DNA from: a virus | Length of the DNA stretch: 64,000 bases | IMG/VR virus record: IMGVR_UViG_3300044911_003339 | Coordinates: 32,001-96,000 of that record | Strand: one strand, 5' to 3' | Shown here: positions 26,783-36,054 of the stretch, one piece after another | How the letters are laid out: each line of letters begins with the position of its first letter | Numbering within the stretch: position 1 is the stretch's first letter | Program-made: the position numbers and the translations under genes | The notes under the pieces: model-generated | What the model was told of the DNA's origin: nothing | The model's database searches: none | What the model saw: only the letters and a program-made list of their open reading frames with translations

Positions 26783-27538
26783 ATGAAGACCTCTCCCCAG
26801 CGCAAGTTCAGCTTCGACTTCGATGTCGAGGTGTTCGAGAAGGCGAGCCCCGAAGGAACGGAGCGCCGCATCGGCGGAATCGTGTCCACCGATCACCTCG
26901 ATCGTCAGAGCGAGGTGCTGCTTCAGGAGGGCCTGGACTTCTCGCCCTTCCTGAAGGGCGGGTGGTTCAACGACAACCACGAGTCCACGACGGACAGCGT
27001 GATCGGCTACCCGACGGCGGCCGAGCTTCGTCACCTGCCGGACGGCAGGAAGGGCTGGTACGTCGAGGGCTACCTCCTGAAGACCGACCGCGCGAATCGG
27101 ATCTGGGACCTCGCGACCGAGCTTCAGCGCTCGGGCTCGGGGCGCAAGCTCGGATTCTCGGTCGAGGGCTCGATCGCCGAGCGCGACCCGGACGACCCGA
27201 AGAAGGTCCGCAAGGCCGTCGTGCGCGAGGTCGCGATCACGAAGTGCCCGGTCAACACGAACACCGCGCTGCACGTGCTGGCGAAGTCGCTGGCCGTTGG
27301 TGCGGGTGGGCCGCCCTCAGGGCCGACGGGTGACGCGAGCGTGCTCGCGCCCGAGGCTCTGGAGGGCGTGAGTCCCGCGCGCCCGAGTCCGAAGGACCCG
27401 AAGAAGCGCCGCAAGGTCAAGCAGCGGATGAACAAGTCCGAGGCTGTGGATTTCTTGCTGTCGGTTCGGCCTGGGATGTCTCGGGCGCTCGCAGAGCGCG
27501 TGGTCGAGTACGCGATTCGGTGGCACCCGGCCGCCTGA
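26783..27538 (+). CDS. Prohead (capsid maturation) protease
   Basis: IGGIVST..LDRQ.E.L.Q.GLD..F..GWFN.NH, G.YVEG.L, LGFSVEG, EVAIT..PVN; directly upstream of scaffold/MCP. Confidence 0.88.
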   Translation: MKTSPQRKFSFDFDVEVFEKASPEGTERRIGGIVSTDHLDRQSEVLLQEGLDFSPFLKGGWFNDNHESTTDSVIGYPTAAELRHLPDGRKGWYVEGYLLKTDRANRIWDLATELQRSGSGRKLGFSVEGSIAERDPDDPKKVRKAVVREVAITKCPVNTNTALHVLAKSLAVGAGGPPSGPTGDASVLAPEALEGVSPARPSPKDPKKRRKVKQRMNKSEAVDFLLSVRPGMSRALAERVVEYAIRWHPAA

Positions 27539-27553
27539 AGAGGAGAAGAGGAC

Positions 27554-28588
27554 ATGAGCGGAAGCAACGTCGAAGTGGACGTGAGCGGTCTGGAGGCCAG
27601 CCTGAACGATCTCGTGAAGGCAGCCGACGCGACCGATCTCGTCAAGGGCAAGGGCGCAGGCGGTTCGGTGAACCGGGACTACTCGGGTCACATGGACGAG
27701 CGCGGCAAGGTCGGCGGAGGTGCCGCGGGCAGCGGCGACATCGGCGGCATCGACGACATGATGATCGGCAAGATGGGCGAGACCGCGATGTCGGCCCTCG
27801 CGTCGGCGGGCTTCAGCGCGCCGCAGATCGCCGCCTTCATGTCGGGCAAGGCCGCGGACGAGGACGAGGACGAGAGCGACGACGAGGACGAGAGCGACGA
27901 CGAGGACATGAGCGGTCAGGCCGACGGCTCGTTCGTCTCGCACAACCGCCCCGAGCCGACCGGCAAGATGGCTCCTCCGATGCCGCCCTTCCGCGGCAAG
28001 GCGAAGAAGAGCGGCGCGGGCGAGGGCGAGCCCCTCAACAAGTCGCTCGACATGCTCCGGCAGGACCCGGACATCGGCGACGCGATCGACGTGTCGGCGT
28101 ACCTGGAGGCCATGACCGCGCGTGTCGCCGAGCAGATCGACGGGCTCGCGAAGGGCGTCCACGGCGCGCGCACGGAGCAGGCGCAGGTCAACCGCGCGAT
28201 GGCCGCGGCACTCTGGCAGACCGGCAAGCTGGTGAAGAGCCAGCAGGCGATCATCCAGGCGCTCGGCGAGCGTCTCGGAATCGTCGAGGCGACGCCGGTC
28301 CCGCCGAAGGGCGTCCAGGACCCGCGTCGGGCTGCCGCGCTCGCGAAGGGATTCGCGGGCGAGGCGGGCGGGCCGGGCTCGCGTCAGATGAAGAAGAGCG
28401 AGATCCTCGGAGCGCTCTCCTACATGACGCTGGAGAAGGGCATCCGCGAGATCAACGGCCAGAAGACCTCCGAGGTCATCTCGCTGTTCGAGGGCGGCAA
28501 CGTGATCGCCCCCGAGACCATCCAGGCGGTCGAGAGCTTCCTCCGCCAGAACCCGAGCGACGCCGCGAAGGCGCTCTCGTACCGCTGA
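27554..28588 (+). CDS. Scaffolding protein
   Basis: Between protease and MCP; acidic tract, helical, many K|[SAG] sites. Confidence 0.75.
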   Translation: MSGSNVEVDVSGLEASLNDLVKAADATDLVKGKGAGGSVNRDYSGHMDERGKVGGGAAGSGDIGGIDDMMIGKMGETAMSALASAGFSAPQIAAFMSGKAADEDEDESDDEDESDDEDMSGQADGSFVSHNRPEPTGKMAPPMPPFRGKAKKSGAGEGEPLNKSLDMLRQDPDIGDAIDVSAYLEAMTARVAEQIDGLAKGVHGARTEQAQVNRAMAAALWQTGKLVKSQQAIIQALGERLGIVEATPVPPKGVQDPRRAAALAKGFAGEAGGPGSRQMKKSEILGALSYMTLEKGIREINGQKTSEVISLFEGGNVIAPETIQAVESFLRQNPSDAAKALSYR

Positions 28589-28658
28589 ACAACGTCTGGG
28601 CTCGCTCGGAAGTGATTCCGAGTGAATCCACCGAACCGAAGAGAGAAAGACCAGGATC

Positions 28659-30083
28659 ATGAACACCACCCCGTTCGTCAGCGCACGCGACTACGGCGGC
28701 TTCGGGTCGAGCAGCCCCGACGAGATCGCCGCACTCAGGAAGGCCCTCTACGCGGGCCAGGACGTGAACGCCCCCGCGGTCGTTCCCGGCGAGGGCTTCC
28801 CGCTCCGCACCGAATCTCTGGAGGCGAGCTTGAAGGTGCTCACCTACGAGATGGACGAGATCAAGCTGTTCAAGACGATCAGCAAGATTCCCGCGACGAA
28901 CACCGTCGAGGAGTTCAACCGTCTCCTGAGCTACGGCCGCGGCGGCAGCCGACGCTTCAACCTCGGCTGGATGACCGAGGGCGATCTTCCCGAGGAGGAG
29001 GACTCGACCTACGAGCGCATCACGATGCAGATCAAGTTCCTCGGCGTGGTCGGCCGCGTGACCCACGTCGCGAACACGATCCGCGCCGCGCACGGCAACG
29101 TGATCGCGATGGAGACGCAGAACAAGACGATGGAACTGCTGAAGCAGTTGGAGAACGCGCTGTTCTTCGGCGATTCCTCGCTCATCCCCGAGCAGATCGA
29201 CGGCCTCGAACGCCTCATCACCGCGGGTGCTCCGAACAACGTCATCGACCTCCGCGGTGGACCGATCACCGAGGAGATCATGAACGACTCGCTGCTCCAG
29301 ATCCGCGACAACTTCGGCATGGCGACCGACTGCTACCTCGGCACGGGCCCGTTCGCGGACCTCGCGAAGCAGGTCTACGACCGTCAGCGCTTCGGCGTCG
29401 CTCCGGCTCCGGGCGTGCTCGGCGCGCAGGTGACGGCGTTCCAGGGCCAGCACGGCAAGGTGTCGATGCACGACCACGTGTTCATCACGGAGGGTCAGAC
29501 GGCGCTCGCTGCGGGCCTCGGCTCGACCACGAAGCGCGCGGCGGCTCCGACCATCACCGTCGCTCCCGCGGCCGGTGCGGCGGCGGGCTCGCTCTTCACC
29601 GCGGCCGACGCGGGCACCTACATCTACCGCGTGGTGGCGGGCAATCGCTTCGGCCTCAGCGTCCCCGTGAACTCGGCGGGCGTGGCGGTCGTCGCGGGCG
29701 ACGGCGTGACCTTCACGGTCGCGGACGGCGGCCCCCCGAGCGCGACCTTCTACGAAATCTACCGCACGACCCCCGGAGGCTCGGCGGCAGATGCTCGTCT
29801 CATGACGCGCGTCGCGCGCACGGGTGCCACGCAGGTCATCACCGACCTCAACGCGGACATCCCCGGCACGTCGAAGGGCTTCATGCTCATGCAGAACGCG
29901 CGCTCGTTCTCGTGGGCGCAGCTTCTCCCGATGACGCGCATCCCGCTCGCCGCGATCGACACGTCGATCCGCTGGGCGCAGGTGCTCTACGGCGGCGTGA
30001 AGATGTACACGCCCGCGAAGAACATCGTGTTCAAGAACATCGGTCGCCTGCCCGGCTCGCTCCCGTCGTCGGTCGTCCCCTGA
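28659..30083 (+). CDS. Major capsid protein
   Basis: ALRK|ALYAG propeptide, LRTESLE..LK.LT, A..TV.E(F)N, EG.L..E.D..Y.R, E..LFFGD, inserted TY.Y.V.A.N..G.S domain; followed by terminator. Confidence 0.93.
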   Translation: MNTTPFVSARDYGGFGSSSPDEIAALRKALYAGQDVNAPAVVPGEGFPLRTESLEASLKVLTYEMDEIKLFKTISKIPATNTVEEFNRLLSYGRGGSRRFNLGWMTEGDLPEEEDSTYERITMQIKFLGVVGRVTHVANTIRAAHGNVIAMETQNKTMELLKQLENALFFGDSSLIPEQIDGLERLITAGAPNNVIDLRGGPITEEIMNDSLLQIRDNFGMATDCYLGTGPFADLAKQVYDRQRFGVAPAPGVLGAQVTAFQGQHGKVSMHDHVFITEGQTALAAGLGSTTKRAAAPTITVAPAAGAAAGSLFTAADAGTYIYRVVAGNRFGLSVPVNSAGVAVVAGDGVTFTVADGGPPSATFYEIYRTTPGGSAADARLMTRVARTGATQVITDLNADIPGTSKGFMLMQNARSFSWAQLLPMTRIPLAAIDTSIRWAQVLYGGVKMYTPAKNIVFKNIGRLPGSLPSSVVP

Positions 30084-30108
30084 CGTGAGCGCCGTGAGCG
30101 TGTAGGCT
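30080..30108 (+). promoter_or_regulatory. sigma70-like promoter CTGACG-N17-TAGGCT
   Basis: Exact 17-nt spacer; same -10 hexamer as at 1458; predicted start lies inside the MCP terminator 5' arm. Confidence 0.5.
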
Positions 30109-30110
30109 CG

Positions 30111-30143
30111 GAAGGCGAGCGGGCTACGGCTCGCTCGCCTTTC
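30111..30143 (+). terminator. Intrinsic terminator after MCP
   Basis: GAAGGCGAGCGGGC-TACG-GCTCGCTCGCCTTTC, with a C(UACG)G tetraloop. Confidence 0.8.
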
Positions 30144-30165
30144 ACGTTTGTAGGAGGATTTCCCC

Positions 30166-30621
30166 ATGGCCCGAATCCAGAACAAGAATCTCCCGTGGAC
30201 CCAGCTTCGCCTGCGGAGCGGCAAGGTCGTCCAGACCGACGGCGACGGCGTGCTCTCGGACATCTCCGACGAGGACGCGAAGATGCTCGGCGCGACCCCC
30301 GGCTGGCGCGTGGCAGGCGCGATCGGCGAGGTCCGGTCCGACGGCATCGCCACGGTCTCCAGGCGGGCTCCCGTGCCCCCGAAGGTCGAGGAGGAGCCTC
30401 CCGCCGCCAAGGTCGAGCCGAAGGCTCCCGAGAGCCCGGAGCAGGCCGCGAGCGAGACCGAGGAGAGCGAGGAGGCCGAAGGGCCGGACATCGACGGGCT
30501 CCGGTCGAAGGCCGAGGCTCTGCGCATCGCCGAGGAGTACGGCGTGGAGGGGCTGACCGAGGACATGAAGCTCGCCGACATGAAGGCGAAGCTGAACGCG
30601 GCCCTCTACCCCGAGGGCTGA
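30166..30621 (+). CDS. Hypothetical protein with C-terminal helix-extension-helix-like motif
   Basis: SD AGGAGG; KAEALRIAEEYGV....MKLADMK resembles HeH/Rho-N modules often found after the MCP. Confidence 0.7.
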   Translation: MARIQNKNLPWTQLRLRSGKVVQTDGDGVLSDISDEDAKMLGATPGWRVAGAIGEVRSDGIATVSRRAPVPPKVEEEPPAAKVEPKAPESPEQAASETEESEEAEGPDIDGLRSKAEALRIAEEYGVEGLTEDMKLADMKAKLNAALYPEG

Positions 30622-30662
30622 ACTCGCCGCAGAACTGATCTGCGCGGAAACGGAGGATTCTC

Positions 30663-31016
30663 ATGGCGGCTCGTGGCGACGATCTCCTCGACTTCTACAG
30701 GCGGGATCCCGACAAGGCGATCGTGCTCGCGCTGACGAACGTCTCCGCGCAGATCCCCGCGCCCCTGCCTCCCGGCAGGTACTTGCTCATCCTGCGGGCA
30801 GTCGCAGGCGTGTGGGCCTGGTTCCGGGCGGAGCCCTACGAGGACGGAAGCACCGTGACCGTGGTGGCCGCGCAGGGAATCCCACTTTCCATCGACGGTC
30901 TTCAGACCATCGAGATCAACGTGAGGAAGGGTCACAACGACCGCATCGCCGCCATCACCGAGGCCGGTGTCGGCACGCTCTACATCGTGCCTCTCGCGCG
31001 GCCCGCGCGCCGCTGA
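30663..31016 (+). CDS. Small beta-rich virion protein
   Basis: SD GGAGG; located in the head-completion region. Confidence 0.6.
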   Translation: MAARGDDLLDFYRRDPDKAIVLALTNVSAQIPAPLPPGRYLLILRAVAGVWAWFRAEPYEDGSTVTVVAAQGIPLSIDGLQTIEINVRKGHNDRIAAITEAGVGTLYIVPLARPARR

Positions 31017-31026
31017 AGGAGTCCCC

Positions 31027-31680
31027 ATGCCGCTCCCGCGCATGCGCACTGACGGTGCGCAGCCCATCACGAACGATGGCACCGTGCCGATGGCGGCTCC
31101 GCTGTCTCTCGGCGGGAATCGTATCGAGCGCCTGGGGCCTCCGACGCAGCCCGACGATGCGGCTCGACTGGCGGACGTGAGCGGGGGCGGGGCTGCGGAT
31201 GAGGTGACCTACGACGATTCCGCGGTCTCGCCTCCACTGGGAGCGGCCGATGTGCAGGGCGCGCTCGACGCCGTGAAGGGAGACCTCGCAGATCGCGCAA
31301 CGAGCAGCGCGAGCACCTACGCACCAACCATCACGCCCGTCACGCCCGGCACGCTGGTCGCTGCTGCGGCAGCGAACTTCAGGTACTTCCGAATCGGCTC
31401 GATGGTTCACGTCATGGGCACGCTCAACGTGACCCCTGCCTCGCTGGCGGGCAACAACCAGATCGACATCTCGCTGCCTGTCGCAACCGCGAGCGTCGCT
31501 GACCTCACGGGCGTCGCAGCAGGCTCGTCTCTCCCCGGATCGAGCTTCGACGTGATGTTCGTCCACGGGCCTGTGGTCGGCTCGGGAGGCAACGCTCGCG
31601 TCTACTTCTCGCTCGCCATCGCGAACGCTCCGGGCACGCAGTTCAAGCTGCCCGTGAGCTTCTCCTACACCGTCTCGTGA
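31027..31680 (+). CDS. Head/neck fibre-like protein
   Basis: SD AAGGAG; DG..PM..PL.LGGNRI..LG.PT..DDAA and VQ.ALD fibre motifs; C-terminal Y.RIG.MV.V knob-like domain. Confidence 0.65.
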   Translation: MPLPRMRTDGAQPITNDGTVPMAAPLSLGGNRIERLGPPTQPDDAARLADVSGGGAADEVTYDDSAVSPPLGAADVQGALDAVKGDLADRATSSASTYAPTITPVTPGTLVAAAAANFRYFRIGSMVHVMGTLNVTPASLAGNNQIDISLPVATASVADLTGVAAGSSLPGSSFDVMFVHGPVVGSGGNARVYFSLAIANAPGTQFKLPVSFSYTVS

Positions 31681-31705
31681 TCAACCCTCTTGCCGTGAGG
31701 TTTCA

Positions 31706-32047
31706 GTGGACGCAGCGACGAGCACGCTCATCACACAAGGTGGAATCTTCGGAGCGTTCTTCGTCTTCGTCACCATCCCTCTCGCGCTCTACGCGCGCAC
31801 GCTCGCTCAACGTCTCAACGAGGTGCAGGCCCAGCGCGTAGCAGATGCCCGTGAGGTGCGAGACACGCTTCTCGCCGTCACGGCTGAGTTCTCTGGGGCC
31901 TTGCGAGAGCAGGTCCGCACTTCGACTGAAGTGAAGGGGGTCTACGAGCGCACCGTAGCGACCCTCGAACGCGTGGAGAAGAGAATCGAGACGCTGGAAG
32001 ACACGGTGCGCGCTCATCAACACCACTTCGGAGGGAGCAAGCGATGA
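31706..32047 (+). CDS. Single-TM coiled-coil protein (holin-like)
   Basis: N-terminal hydrophobic helix (QGGIFGAFFVFVTIPLALY) followed by a coiled coil. Confidence 0.55.
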   Translation: MDAATSTLITQGGIFGAFFVFVTIPLALYARTLAQRLNEVQAQRVADAREVRDTLLAVTAEFSGALREQVRTSTEVKGVYERTVATLERVEKRIETLEDTVRAHQHHFGGSKR

Positions 32048-32244
32048 AGCCTGCCGTCGGCGAAGAAGAAGCGATCCAGGAGATGCGCGCGTCACTCGTG
32101 GCCTTCCGAGAAGCCGCGACGCGAGTCGCCCGCCGCGTGAGCGACTCGCAGCGAACGCTGCGCGCGGTGCTCACGCCTCCAGGCGGCGTGCCCTGTGCGC
32201 CTCTCGACCCAGCCCCGCTCGCCGATCCTCCGGCAGAACGGTAG
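32044..32244 (+). CDS. Small hypothetical protein
   Basis: SD GGAG and ATGA coupling. Confidence 0.5.
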   Translation: MKPAVGEEEAIQEMRASLVAFREAATRVARRVSDSQRTLRAVLTPPGGVPCAPLDPAPLADPPAER

Positions 32245-32247
32245 ACT
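32242..32247 (+). promoter_or_regulatory. -10 element TAGACT 7 nt before ATG 32255 (leaderless-type)
   Basis: Same TAGRCT-N7-ATG geometry as 1458/1471; no SD. Confidence 0.45.
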
Positions 32248-32254
32248 CGATCTC

Positions 32255-33319
32255 ATGCCTCCTTCAGCGCGCATCGACGCAGGGTCGATCGGCACCGTCA
32301 TCACGGTGGCCGTAATCGACGAGAACATCGACGCTGCCATCGAGAGCGGCTACAGCCGTCTCGTAGTCGAGCGCTCGACGGATGGTGGTCTCACGTACTC
32401 CGAGATCACGATCCCTTCCGAGCGGCCGGTGCTGGCGAAGGGGCAGACGACGCTGAAGTTCGTCGATCGTCGAGGAGACCCGAACGCGCTCTACCGCACA
32501 CGCTACCTGATTCGGGGTGGAGAGTTCGATGGAGAGACCAGCGATCCGTCCGACCCGATTCCTGGAGCCGGTCTGGCGATCCGTCGAATCCTGTCGGTTC
32601 CTCAGTTGAAGGACCGCTACCTCTTCGGCGTGAACATCACGCGCGACGACGGGACGCCGCTGCCCGATGCCGTGTTCCAGCACTACATCATGCAGTCGAT
32701 TCGCTGGATGGAGAAGCAACTCGACATCCCGATCCTGCCGACGGTGTTCGTCGAGAAGCACGATTACTTCCGCGGCGACTACCAGGCGTTCAACCTGATT
32801 CGCCTCGACAACTACCCCGTGATCGACGTGGAGGAGTTCCGCGTTCAGTACCCGTCGGGGCAGAACGTGGTCGTGTTCCCTCCCGAGTGGTACCGACTCA
32901 ACAAGCCCGAGGGGCACATCCAGATCGTGCCGACTGCGGGCACGCTCTCGAACATCATGATCGGACAGGGAGGCTCGTTCCTGCCCGCCATCTACTCCGG
33001 CATGGATTATCTGCCGCAGTTGTTCGAGGTCACGTACACCGCGGGCTTCGAGGACGGACAGATTCCCGAGGACATCCTCGACCTCATCGGCATGTTCGCG
33101 TCGCTCGGTCCCTTCAACATCTTTGGCGATTTGATTGCGGGGGCGGGCATCGCGACGATCTCGCTGTCGATGGATGGGCTCTCGCAGAACATCGGCACCA
33201 CGTCGAGCGCCACGAACGCGGGGTACGGTGCGCGCATCATCCAGTACTTGAAGCAAATCAAGGAACAGATTCCGAATCTGCGCCGCTACTACAAGGGCCT
33301 GCGCATGGTGGTCGCGTGA
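32255..33319 (+). CDS. Head-tail adaptor/neck protein
   Basis: YLFGV.I...DG..LPD, E..LDI.I.P, L..YPVI.VE, V.YTAG, IAG.GIA..SLS.DG.SQ...TT.SA...YGARI motifs of SPO1-like neck proteins. Confidence 0.8.
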   Translation: MPPSARIDAGSIGTVITVAVIDENIDAAIESGYSRLVVERSTDGGLTYSEITIPSERPVLAKGQTTLKFVDRRGDPNALYRTRYLIRGGEFDGETSDPSDPIPGAGLAIRRILSVPQLKDRYLFGVNITRDDGTPLPDAVFQHYIMQSIRWMEKQLDIPILPTVFVEKHDYFRGDYQAFNLIRLDNYPVIDVEEFRVQYPSGQNVVVFPPEWYRLNKPEGHIQIVPTAGTLSNIMIGQGGSFLPAIYSGMDYLPQLFEVTYTAGFEDGQIPEDILDLIGMFASLGPFNIFGDLIAGAGIATISLSMDGLSQNIGTTSSATNAGYGARIIQYLKQIKEQIPNLRRYYKGLRMVVA

Positions 33320-34206
33320 CCGACTCGCGACGCATCGACCGACGGAAGATCAAGCCTGCGTCCGTAGTGGACGAGGGAGATTACCGCGTTGCCGTTCCTC
33401 CGACCGTGCTCGACCAGGACACGCCTCGGAACAGCAACGACGACGCTCGACTGCGCAAGCAGCGCGCGGACTTCCGGCCGGACTACTTCAAGCAGGCCAT
33501 CGACCAGAAGGGCCGCCACGTTGTGTGGCGCAAGGCGCTCGTCTGTCCCTGCTTCAACCCGACGACGAACCAGACCGAGATCAACTGCGAGGACTGCGAC
33601 GGCTCGGGCTACGTCTACGTGGACCCGCTGCGCATCCAGGCGTGGACGACGAACTTCGATCAGAATCTCTCCATCTACAAGCACGCAGGCTCGTGGCTCG
33701 CTGGCGAAGGGTCCGCGACGACCTACCCCGAGCACCGCTGCGGCTACAGGGATTCGCTCGAACTCGTGAACGACCTCATGCCGTTCAACGAACTGCTGAA
33801 GCGCGGTAATCGACGCGGCATCCGCAGCAAGCTCCCCGACGGGGTGGACTCGGCGCGGTACCGCATCAAGCAGATCGTGCGCATCGGCTACAAGAACGCA
33901 GAGGGGCGTGTCGCGCTCGCCGAAGAGGACGTGCACTTCAGGCTCACGAAGGAGGGCTGGATCGAGTGGCTCCCCGCGAGCAACGCGATCATCGCCGACG
34001 AGAGCTACTTCTCGATTCTCTACAACTTCGCGCCCGTCTACATCGTGAACTCGCACGCGAACGTGACGCGCAACGAGATGAACATCTTCGCGCAGCCGAA
34101 GAACACCCTCACGGCGCTCCCCACGCGCGTGTTGATCAAGCTCGACTACCTGACCGACGTGAACGCACCCGTCACCGGGCCCCTCGGAGAGCCCACCTCG
34201 ACCTGA
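33316..34206 (+). CDS. Neck/head-closure protein
   Basis: GTGA coupling; F...I..KG..V.W.KA..CPC.....C..C.G.GY motif. Confidence 0.75.
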   Translation: MTDSRRIDRRKIKPASVVDEGDYRVAVPPTVLDQDTPRNSNDDARLRKQRADFRPDYFKQAIDQKGRHVVWRKALVCPCFNPTTNQTEINCEDCDGSGYVYVDPLRIQAWTTNFDQNLSIYKHAGSWLAGEGSATTYPEHRCGYRDSLELVNDLMPFNELLKRGNRRGIRSKLPDGVDSARYRIKQIVRIGYKNAEGRVALAEEDVHFRLTKEGWIEWLPASNAIIADESYFSILYNFAPVYIVNSHANVTRNEMNIFAQPKNTLTALPTRVLIKLDYLTDVNAPVTGPLGEPTST

Positions 34207-34208
34207 AC

Positions 34209-35018
34209 ATGCCGGCAATCGTGAAAGTGGACATCACGCCGCTCGTGGCGACGGTGCTGAGGGCGATGCCCTCCGCAGACGATCGCACGCGCATCGTCCA
34301 CGGAATCGCGGCGAGCGCGCGAGCCTTCTGGATCTCGCTCGCGCAGACGCGTCTGCGCTCGACCGCTCGCGACTACATCCAGGGCATCCAGGAAGACATC
34401 GGAGACGACTACGCCGTGCTCACGCTGGAAGGCACGGTGCCCAACATGGTCGAGCAGGGATGGACCGGAGGCGATCTGCGGCAGTGGCTTCTCCACGGTC
34501 CGAACGCGAAGCAGGGCAAGAACGGTCCGTACAACGTGATTCCGTTCGGCCACGGCACGCCCGGCACTGGAGGTCGCAACGTCGGCCGCCCGATGCCGAC
34601 CGACATCCACGCCGCTGCGAAGATGCTCGCCCCCACGCTCTCCCGGCCGGGCAAGGTGGACACGAAGGGCGGACGCACGACCGTCTACGGCGAGAGGCTG
34701 CACCCCGGCTCGCGCAACGTGAACGACGTGGCGCACAAGCTCCTCACCACGAAGTCGAAGCCGTGGCACGCGACCTCGATCTTCATGGGCATGATCCGTG
34801 AGGGCAAGCAGTTCTCGTCTGGGCGAATCCAGACGACGGGGTACAAGTCGTTCCGCACGATCTCGCTCACCGATCGCGCGCCCGGCAAGCACTGGTTCCA
34901 TCCAGGAATCAAGGCGCGCCGATTCGCGAACGAGGTCAACACGCACGTCGGCCAAGTCGCATCGCGGATCGTCTCCGCGACGCTCGCCGACGCTTCCACG
35001 CCGCGAGGTTCTCGATGA
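34209..35018 (+). CDS. Neck/tail-completion protein
   Basis: L.ST..DY..GI, P.M.EQG...DL...LL, Y..FRT.S......W.HPG..AR motifs. Confidence 0.7.
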   Translation: MPAIVKVDITPLVATVLRAMPSADDRTRIVHGIAASARAFWISLAQTRLRSTARDYIQGIQEDIGDDYAVLTLEGTVPNMVEQGWTGGDLRQWLLHGPNAKQGKNGPYNVIPFGHGTPGTGGRNVGRPMPTDIHAAAKMLAPTLSRPGKVDTKGGRTTVYGERLHPGSRNVNDVAHKLLTTKSKPWHATSIFMGMIREGKQFSSGRIQTTGYKSFRTISLTDRAPGKHWFHPGIKARRFANEVNTHVGQVASRIVSATLADASTPRGSR

Positions 35019-35779
35019 GCCGCAAGCAGCGACTTCTGCGGAACCTCGGAGGCACCACCTCGGCGGCGACGCCTGAGGCCCCCGACGCGCCCGAGGTGAT
35101 GCGCACGAACATCGTGCTCGTAGAGCGCATCGTGCTCGCAATCCTCCGCTCCGAGGTGGAGCGGCTGTCGAAGGACACGTCGGAATGCACGCGATTCTTC
35201 TCGCACTTCTTCGATCCCATCGCTGGACCGACCGAGCGCGCGGAGTTCGTGCGCAACTTCGTGAGGCGGCCTCCCACGGTCGTGCTCGGCTATCCGAGAA
35301 CCTCCGCCGAGTTCCCCTGCGTCTCGATCGTGCTCGGCAGCGAGGAGGAGACGCAGAACGCAGTAGGTGATTTCATCACGCAGACCGCTTCGGATTCCCC
35401 GGAGCGCGACGCGCGGGAGTACGTCGGCGCGACCTTCTCGCAGAGCTACATGATCTACATCTACGCCGAGCACCCGGACGTGGTGATGTACCTCTACCAG
35501 TTCGTGAAGCTCTGCCTGTTCGGCGCGAAGCAGACCTTCCTGGAATCTGGTTGCACGGAGGTCAGCTTCAGCGGCGGCGAACTCTCGCCCGACGAGGGCT
35601 ACCTCCCCGAGAACATGTTCGTGCGCTACCTCCAGGTGCGCGCGCAAGCGCAGGTCACGATTCCGAAGCTGCTCGTCGTCGATCCTCGCCGCATGAGGGT
35701 CACTGGGATTCACATGCACGACGTGGTAGTAGACGGCATGCGTGGCGGCGTGACCCCGTACGCAGAGGACGACGAATGA
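35015..35779 (+). CDS. Tail terminator-like protein
   Basis: V.LGYPR...FPC.SI.LG.E.E motif; located just before the sheath. Confidence 0.65.
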   Translation: MSRKQRLLRNLGGTTSAATPEAPDAPEVMRTNIVLVERIVLAILRSEVERLSKDTSECTRFFSHFFDPIAGPTERAEFVRNFVRRPPTVVLGYPRTSAEFPCVSIVLGSEEETQNAVGDFITQTASDSPERDAREYVGATFSQSYMIYIYAEHPDVVMYLYQFVKLCLFGAKQTFLESGCTEVSFSGGELSPDEGYLPENMFVRYLQVRAQAQVTIPKLLVVDPRRMRVTGIHMHDVVVDGMRGGVTPYAEDDE

Positions 35780-36039
35780 CGCGCAGGAATCGAGAGACCC
35801 GCCACGAGGAGGAGATTCCCATGGCGCTCCAGACGCCCGAGCCCGAGTCCGAGGCTCCGCCGCCTCGCGCGGTGTTCGTCGCCGAGTTCGTCCGGCTCCG
35901 GCATCACGGTGTGCTGGGCGAGGCGTTCGCGAGCCAGCTTCGCGGTGAAGCTCTCGTCGCGAAGCAGCCCCCGAAGAGGCTCCCGCTCACCGAGTGGGAT
36001 TCGATGTTCCAGGAGTGGTCGCGCAAGTCGCGCGGGTGA
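35776..36039 (+). CDS. Small hypothetical protein (alternative start 35821)
   Basis: ATGA coupling; strong SD before 35821; sits immediately before the sheath. Confidence 0.6.
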   Translation: MTRRNRETRHEEEIPMALQTPEPESEAPPPRAVFVAEFVRLRHHGVLGEAFASQLRGEALVAKQPPKRLPLTEWDSMFQEWSRKSRG

Positions 36040-36054
36040 GGAGACAAGGGAATC

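Noticed and set aside
27855-27910. Short tandem repeat gacgaggacgagagcgac
   Set aside because: Encodes the acidic DEDESD tract of the scaffold; no spacers, so not a CRISPR or mobile repeat.
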